A DNA stretch of 64,000 nucleotides from an uncultured delta proteobacterium (lineage in GTDB: Bacteria; Desulfobacterota; Binatia; Binatales; Binataceae). A model generated the notes under the pieces. That model was not told the origin of the DNA and did not search any database. It worked only from the letters and a program-made list of their open reading frames with translations. Both the position numbers and the translations under genes were made by a program. Shown here piece by piece: positions 57,403 through 64,000 of the stretch (the stretch's first letter is position 1; each line of letters begins with the position of its first letter). The stretch spans positions 1,152,001 through 1,216,000 of the forward strand of contig CAWJET010000002.1 of NCBI GenBank assembly GCA_963842085.1. The letters are read 5' to 3'.

Positions 57403-59283
57403 TCAATTCGTGAGCGCGACGGGTTCCAGATGCGGACCGGTGAGATAGACGACGCGGCCTTCGTCGGGCGCGCGCTCCCGGAGCCATCGCGCGACGATCG
57501 CCATCGCCTCCAGCTCTCCGCGCTCGGCCGGTTTCGACTTGTATCGCTCGTAGTTGCCCGCGACGAATTCCGCCACCTCGCGCGCGGCCTGGGCACTTTC
57601 CAGCATCCGCGTCATCGCCAGCCGTCCCGACAGCACGACGTGCGCGGCGCGCTCGCCAGCCTTGCCCGTCACGATCACGAGATTGTTTTCCGTTACCACC
57701 TGGCTGAGACGGGTCGCGCGATGCGCCAGCGTGGTCAGCGCCTCGAGATGCCGGCGAAAGCGCGCCGCTTCCTCAAAGCGCATCGCGGCTGCGGCCTGGT
57801 CGCGGGCCCTGGCCAGTTCACCGAGGATCGGTCCGCTCCGCCCGCGCAAAAAACCGACCGCGCGCCGCACCCGCTCCGCGTATTTGTCGCCGTCGATACT
57901 CATGTTGCACGGCGCGGCGCAATGCCCCATCTGGCCGTACACGCATGGCGAGAAATCCTCACGCGGCGCAAGTTTCCCGCTGCACGTGCGCAAGCCGAGG
58001 ATTCTCGACAGCGCGCGCACCGAATGCTCGATGCCGCCGCGCCCGATGAACGGCCCCAGGTGCATCACGCCGCGCCGCGCGCTCATCCTGGTGGAAATCG
58101 TCACGCGCGGAAACTCGTCCATCAAGTCGAGCTTGATGAAATACGCGGGCGCCGCCGACTTCAGCATTCTGTTGTACGGCGGTTTCAGCTCGCGGATGAG
58201 CCGCGCTTCGTCGAGCGCCGCCTCGAGCGGCGAGCGGGTGGTCCGGGTCTCGATTTTGTAAATGTGCGAGACCAGCTCCGCGGTTTTCGCCTTCACCGAC
58301 GCCGTGAAGTATGAGCTCACCCGCTCCCGGAGCCGGCGCGCCTTGCCGACGTAGAGCAAGTCGCCGCGCTCGTTGCGCATCAGGTAGACGCCGGGCGAAT
58401 GCGGCAGCGCGGCGATTTCTTCGGGCGGCACGTGACGCTCGATTCTCCTGCCCGCAAGTCCGCGATGATGGTCGTCGAGCAGGCGATCGAGCCGCGTGAT
58501 TCCCATCCGCTGCGCCATCTCGAGAAAAATTGAGAGAATCTCCGCCGCCATCCGCGCGTCGCCGAGTCCGCGATGCCGTCCTTCGAGCGAGAGTCCGAAA
58601 TGCCCGGCCAGCAGATCGAGCCGCCGGCGCTTGAGCGACGGCATGAATCGGCGCGCCATCCGCAGCGTGCACAGCACCGGGTTGCTCAGGCCGATTCCAA
58701 AGATGCGCCGGTATTCGAAGTCGAGAAATCCGAAATCGAAGGCCGCGTTGTGCGCCACCATCACGCGGTCGCCCATGAACTGGCGAAACGCCGGCAGCAC
58801 TTCCTCGATCGGCGGCGCCTCGCGAACCATCTCCGTCGTAATCGACGTGAGCCCGGTGATGAACCGCGGGACGACGCCACTATGCGGCCGAACGAGTTGC
58901 GAAAAGGTATCAGTAAGCCGCTTACCGACCATTCGGTAGGCGCCGATTTCGATGATCGTCCCCGGCCCGGCGCGTCCGCCCGTGGTTTCCAGATCGACCA
59001 CCGCAAACTCGGCCTGGTCGAGCCCGACGCGGATGCGATCGCTCTGCGCCAGGCGCCACTGCGCCGTGTCCGCATCGAAGATGAAATTCGGATCGCCGCC
59101 GAGCAGCTGGCGTACGAGCCGCGCGCCGAGTTCCGGGTCCGAGCCGACTCCGCTCAGCAGCAGCCCGACCAGCTCGCCGGCGTCTGCCCCGGCCGGCCGC
59201 GAGCAGAGGAACTGATACAGCTTCTGCTTGGCCGAGATGCCGAAATGACGCTGATTCGCGCCCGGTATGCTCGTTTCCTCCAC
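57403..59283 (-). CDS. DEDDh exonuclease fused to a UvrC/Cho-like GIY-YIG nuclease and UVR domain
   Basis: VDLETTG, AHNAAFD, HRGLGDA; PGVYLM...YVGKA..LR.RV.SYF; C......C..PC; AMRFEEAA. Confidence 0.9.
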   Translation of the reverse strand: MEETSIPGANQRHFGISAKQKLYQFLCSRPAGADAGELVGLLLSGVGSDPELGARLVRQLLGGDPNFIFDADTAQWRLAQSDRIRVGLDQAEFAVVDLETTGGRAGPGTIIEIGAYRMVGKRLTDTFSQLVRPHSGVVPRFITGLTSITTEMVREAPPIEEVLPAFRQFMGDRVMVAHNAAFDFGFLDFEYRRIFGIGLSNPVLCTLRMARRFMPSLKRRRLDLLAGHFGLSLEGRHRGLGDARMAAEILSIFLEMAQRMGITRLDRLLDDHHRGLAGRRIERHVPPEEIAALPHSPGVYLMRNERGDLLYVGKARRLRERVSSYFTASVKAKTAELVSHIYKIETRTTRSPLEAALDEARLIRELKPPYNRMLKSAAPAYFIKLDLMDEFPRVTISTRMSARRGVMHLGPFIGRGGIEHSVRALSRILGLRTCSGKLAPREDFSPCVYGQMGHCAAPCNMSIDGDKYAERVRRAVGFLRGRSGPILGELARARDQAAAAMRFEEAARFRRHLEALTTLAHRATRLSQVVTENNLVIVTGKAGERAAHVVLSGRLAMTRMLESAQAAREVAEFVAGNYERYKSKPAERGELEAMAIVARWLRERAPDEGRVVYLTGPHLEPVALTN

Positions 59284-59766
59284 CAGCCTGCCCCTTCGCC
59301 CCCTCTTCGCTAGCAGTAGCGGCTGGAAATCGCAACGTGTGGTTGCCAGAAAAACGGCGATTCATACCATCCGTAGCGGTCGATAGGATGGTCTACTACC
59401 ATCGGTGGGTTCGTTCCGTCAAATTTTGTTTTTCGCTGGCGGATATTGCCCAATGCTGAGCGATGAGAGTAGCGATGCGGGCGGAGAGACCGGCGAGCAT
59501 CTTGAGTCTGGTGCATAACGGGTAGGCTAGCACCTGGTGAGCGGTGCGTTCAGGCTGAAAAGTTCAGTCCCATGACGGATCGCAAACCGCCGGTCGAACC
59601 CCAGCGATGCCGAGGCTCAACGCATCTCGCCCGCGTAAGCGGAGAATCCACTTAATCGAATCTAAAACCCGCGCCGGGTTTGCAGGGGTGACCCCTGCAC
59701 CCAGTATTAAGGAAGGCAGGGCTAACCTCCTTAGGATTGGCTCTGCACCTTGGTATCAGGCGACTC

Positions 59767-60060
59767 TCAGGGAATGTTCTTGACGATTTTGCGGTACTCG
59801 TCCTCGCTGAAGGCGCGATGCGTCTCCGTGCGCACATTTCCCAGCGCGCCGACCGTCAGCGCCAGTTGCGCCATCACGTCGTCGTTCGGCGCCTCGACGA
59901 TGAACATCGAATCGTACTGTCCCATCATCGAGTAGAAGTCCTTCACTTTGGCGCCGTGCTGGCTGAAGGTCTTCTTCGCCGCGTCGACACGATCGGGCGA
60001 ACCTCGAAGATGGTCGAGCCCCTGGTGAGTCAAATGAAAAAGAACAACGTAAGTCGGCAT
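59767..60060 (-). CDS. GYD domain protein
   Basis: MGQYD, GNVRTET.RAFSEDE; GGAGG RBS. Confidence 0.88.
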   Translation of the reverse strand: MPTYVVLFHLTHQGLDHLRGSPDRVDAAKKTFSQHGAKVKDFYSMMGQYDSMFIVEAPNDDVMAQLALTVGALGNVRTETHRAFSEDEYRKIVKNIP

Positions 60061-60088
60061 CGCAAAGTCACCTCCCGCGAGTGTCTAG

Positions 60089-60207
60089 CAGGTTGCGGAA
60101 AAAGGGTTTTTGACTCCTGATGACATTGATCCAAGACGCATTCTCGTGATCGTAGTAATGCTTACTCTTCGCCGAAATCGTCTTTCATTGAGTTTTTCCG
60201 CAACCTG
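60089..60207. mobile_element. MITE with 15-bp terminal inverted repeats and CTAG flanks
   Basis: CTAG-CAGGTTGCGGAAAAA ... TTTTTCCGCAACCTG-CTAG; no coding capacity. Confidence 0.8.
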
Positions 60208-60324
60208 CTAGGTCCAATATCACACATCTCGAAGTCGCCGGCCAATCTCGTCGCGCGGCGCGGCTATGGCCCGCACCCGGTCGTCACGGTAGAATGCTTA
60301 TTCTGACAAGGAAGGTATTTGCCG

Positions 60325-60867
60325 ATGATGGAACGCATTGAATTGACCCGCGAATGCGAAGGCGTCCAGGTCCCGGCCGGGAACAAGATGATGCTCGAAA
60401 AGGGCCTCGAAGCCTTCATCACGCAATCGCTCGGCGGAACCTTCACCCTGCAAGTTCCGGCCTACGGGGGACTGTTCCGCGTCGCCGGCAAGGACGCCGA
60501 TGCGCTCGGCAAAAAGCCCGAAGATGCGGGCGCGGTGTCGGCGTCGGGCGGCGGCGATCTGGAAGCGATGGTGTGGGAGCAGCTCAAGACCTGCTTCGAT
60601 CCCGAGATTCCCGTCAACATCGTGGACTTGGGCCTTGTCTATGGAATGGAAGTGAAGGACGCCGGCGACGGCACCAAGAAAGTCGAAGTCAAGATGACGC
60701 TGACGGCGCAGGGCTGCGGGATGGGTGCGTCGATCGCGACCGACGCGCGCTACAAAATCATGAGCATCTCGGGCGTGTCGGAGGCGGATGTCGATTTGGT
60801 GTGGGACCCGCCGTGGACGCCGCAGATGATCTCGCCTGAGGGGCGCGAGCGCCTCGGTATCGACTAA
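60325..60867 (+). CDS. sufT: Fe-S cluster assembly protein SufT (DUF59)
   Basis: ITQSLGG.FT, DPEIPVNIVDLGLVY, MTLTA.GCGMG, VWDPPW. Confidence 0.88.
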   Translation: MMERIELTRECEGVQVPAGNKMMLEKGLEAFITQSLGGTFTLQVPAYGGLFRVAGKDADALGKKPEDAGAVSASGGGDLEAMVWEQLKTCFDPEIPVNIVDLGLVYGMEVKDAGDGTKKVEVKMTLTAQGCGMGASIATDARYKIMSISGVSEADVDLVWDPPWTPQMISPEGRERLGID

Positions 60868-60961
60868 TCAATTCGACGCGCAGCAGCCCGAATCTTGCAA
60901 CGACGCACGATACGTTGACACGCCTGACTGCGTCCGATAATTGTTGTCGTTCGGCATTGCC

Positions 60962-61276
60962 ATGTTTGCAATCGTAAAGACAGGCGGAAAACAGTATCGC
61001 GTCGGCGTCGGCGACCAGATAACGGTCGAGCGGCTCGCCGGCGAGGTTGGCGCGGCGATCTCACTTGACCAAGTGCTGGCGGTCGGCGGCGACGCGCCCA
61101 AGGTCGGCACGCCGGTAGTCGCGGGCGCGTCGGTGACGGCAAAGATCGTCCAGCAGCCGCGCGGCACGAAAGTGATAGTGTTCAAGAAGAAACGCCGCAA
61201 GAATTACCGCCGCAAGCGCGGCCATCGGCAGGAACTGACGGTTTTGAAGATCGAGGAAATTTCCGCCGGCGCCTGA
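60962..61276 (+). CDS. rplU: 50S ribosomal protein L21
   Basis: [30 protein letters not shown]. Confidence 0.98.
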   Translation: MFAIVKTGGKQYRVGVGDQITVERLAGEVGAAISLDQVLAVGGDAPKVGTPVVAGASVTAKIVQQPRGTKVIVFKKKRRKNYRRKRGHRQELTVLKIEEISAGA

Positions 61277-61400
61277 CGGCGGCGCGCTAATTTTGATTTA
61301 ACTGCGGCCCGGAAGGGCTGCCCATTCGAGGAGAGCCTTCTAAGACAGATTCCAGAGGCAGAGTCTTCAGTCGCGCGCTAAAGAATGCGCGCTGAATAAG

Positions 61401-61435
61401 ACCCTCACCTTAATCCTCTCCCTGAAAGGGAGAGG
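61401..61435 (+). repeat. REP-like element (copy 1)
   Basis: accctcacctt.atcctctccc....gggagagg; second copy at 63000. Confidence 0.75.
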
Positions 61436-61473
61436 GGAAGAATTGGAAGGCCGCTCATCCAGGGAGACGCAGC

Positions 61474-61758
61474 GTGGCGCACAAGAAAGGACAAGGTTCG
61501 ACGCGCAATGGCCGCGACAGTCCGGGCCAGCGCCGCGGTATCAAGATTTACGCGGGCCAGACCGTCAAGGCCGGCAATATCATCATCCGCCAGCTCGGCA
61601 CTCGCGTGCATCCGGGGCGCAACGTCGGCTTGGGCCGCGACTATACGATTTACGCGCTCATCGACGGTGTGGTTAAGTACGAGCCGAAGGGTGAGAAGCG
61701 GCAAGTGAGCGTCGAGCCGCTCCCCGCCGGCACCGATACCGCAGGGGCGTCCGCGTAG
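61474..61758 (+). CDS. rpmA: 50S ribosomal protein L27
   Basis: [25 protein letters not shown]. Confidence 0.98.
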   Translation: MAHKKGQGSTRNGRDSPGQRRGIKIYAGQTVKAGNIIIRQLGTRVHPGRNVGLGRDYTIYALIDGVVKYEPKGEKRQVSVEPLPAGTDTAGASA

Positions 61759-61784
61759 ATCGTCATTCAGCGAGATCGATTTTG

Positions 61785-61814
61785 AAGCCCTGCGGCAATG
61801 CCGTGGGGCTTTTT
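61785..61814 (+). terminator. Intrinsic terminator after rpmA
   Basis: aagccctgcggc-aat-gccgtggggct followed by a T-run. Confidence 0.75.
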
Positions 61815-61896
61815 GTTTTCAGTGAATTGATGCTCGGTGTTCTTTCGGTATTTTGATTTCGTTTTTTTTCCGCAACTCGCGACGGGAGGAATTTCG

Positions 61897-62925
<1,029 letters not shown>

Positions 62926-62999
62926 GGTTCGCTACGCCCGTGCAGACTCAAAAGGGAGCAGAATCTTGAATCGCCGCCGAAATAGCGCGCTGTATAAGG

Positions 63000-63034
63000 A
63001 CCCTCACCTTCATCCTCTCCCTTGCAGGGAGAGG
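63000..63034 (+). repeat. REP-like element (copy 2)
   Basis: accctcaccttcatcctctcccttgcagggagagg. Confidence 0.75.
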
Positions 63035-63044
63035 AGACAGAACC

Positions 63045-64000
63045 ATGCGATTCATCGATGAAGCCAGGGTATTCGTGCACGCCGGCAAGGGCGGAGACGG
63101 CGCGATCGCGTTTTTGCGCGAGAAGTACCGGCCATTCGGCGGGCCGGCCGGCGGCAACGGCGGGCGCGGCGGCAGCGTAATCTTCCAGGTCGATGAAGGC
63201 CTGTCCACGCTGCTCGATTTCAAGTACCAGCCGCGTTTGATCGCGAAAGACGGCGAACCCGGCCGCGGCAAGGAACAATACGGGCACGGCGCCGACGACG
63301 TCGTGGTGCGCGTGCCGCCCGGCACGATCGTCTTCGACGAGGAAAGCGGAAAGACGCTGGCGGACCTGGTGATGCCGGGTGAGACGGCGGTGATCGCGCA
63401 GGGTGGCGAGGGCGGCCGCGGCAACATGCACTTCGCGTCGTCGACGCGGCGCTCGCCGCGAATCGCGACGCCGGGAACCGCAGGCGAGCAGCGTTGGATC
63501 CGGATCGAGCTGCGGCTGGTCGCGGAGGCCGGGCTGGTAGGACTTCCCAACGCTGGCAAATCGACGCTGCTGACCGCGCTCAGCGCGGCGCGGCCGAAGA
63601 TTGCGCCCTACCCGTTCACGACGCTGGCGCCCAATATCGGCCGCGTGTCCATCTCCGACGCGGAAAGTTTCACGCTGGCGGATATTCCAGGGCTGATCGA
63701 AGGAGCGCATCTCGGGCTTGGGCTCGGGATCCGTTTCCTGCGCCATCTCGCGCGCACGCGCCTTCTGGTTTACGTGCTCGACGTCGCGGAGGATCCCGCA
63801 GACGCGTTCGCGACCGTGCGCGGCGAGATAGCGGCGTTCGATCCCGCGCTGGCGGAGCGGCCGGCGGTCGTCGCGCTCAACAAGACCGATTTGGTCGCCG
63901 CGGCCGGTGTGCAAAAGACCGCGCGCAGGCTGCGCAAGCTCACCGGCCTCGATGTATTCCCGATCTCGGCAGACAAGGGCGAAAACCTGGCGCCGCTGGT
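63045..64000 (+). CDS. obgE: GTPase ObgE/CgtA (partial, runs off the window)
   Basis: Own translation: MRFIDEA..AGKGGDG..F.REKY.P.GGP.GG.GG.GG, GLPNAGKST, PFTT, DIPGLIEGA, NKTD. Confidence 0.97.
   Translation, partial: MRFIDEARVFVHAGKGGDGAIAFLREKYRPFGGPAGGNGGRGGSVIFQVDEGLSTLLDFKYQPRLIAKDGEPGRGKEQYGHGADDVVVRVPPGTIVFDEESGKTLADLVMPGETAVIAQGGEGGRGNMHFASSTRRSPRIATPGTAGEQRWIRIELRLVAEAGLVGLPNAGKSTLLTALSAARPKIAPYPFTTLAPNIGRVSISDAESFTLADIPGLIEGAHLGLGLGIRFLRHLARTRLLVYVLDVAEDPADAFATVRGEIAAFDPALAERPAVVALNKTDLVAAAGVQKTARRLRKLTGLDVFPISADKGENLAPL

Noticed and set aside
60915-60941. TTGACA...GATAAT promoter for rplU
   Set aside because: The position is plausible but the spacer is only 15 bp, so it was not called.

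Overview
A GC-rich bacterial chromosome window. The gene content (F420-dependent LLM enzymes, cofC, a MEDS-domain activator, a Thr-rich NHL surface protein) suggests Candidatus Binatota or similar, but this is inference only. Most of the window is housekeeping: RND efflux, ppa, an Fpg/Nei glycosylase, a sulfatase, an RNase II-family protein, rnhB, pdhABC-lpdA-lipBA, mlaEFDCA, cofC, a DEDDh/GIY-YIG nuclease, sufT, rplU-rpmA and a partial obgE. The main feature is a ~14 kb integrative element (~15.58-29.52 kb) downstream of tRNA-Leu(TAA). It is bounded by triple TGGTGACTG repeats and a degenerate copy of the tRNA T-arm. It has a phage-satellite layout: a tyrosine integrase and Zn-finger gene divergent from alpA, xis-like HTH genes and a stand-alone SF3-like helicase. 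It also carries a TerS-like gene and a split TerL, but no recognisable capsid, portal, tail, lysis or primase gene. A highly structured two-domain intergenic element lies directly upstream of the terminase genes. Other items in or beside the element are a candidate -1 frameshift gene, a J-domain fusion, an RRM fragment, a minimal VPEID-CTERM-like peptide and a truncated PycTIR-like cNMP domain. Elsewhere there are a MITE, REP-like palindromes and a sigma54 promoter. All product calls come from motif recognition, not database searches.
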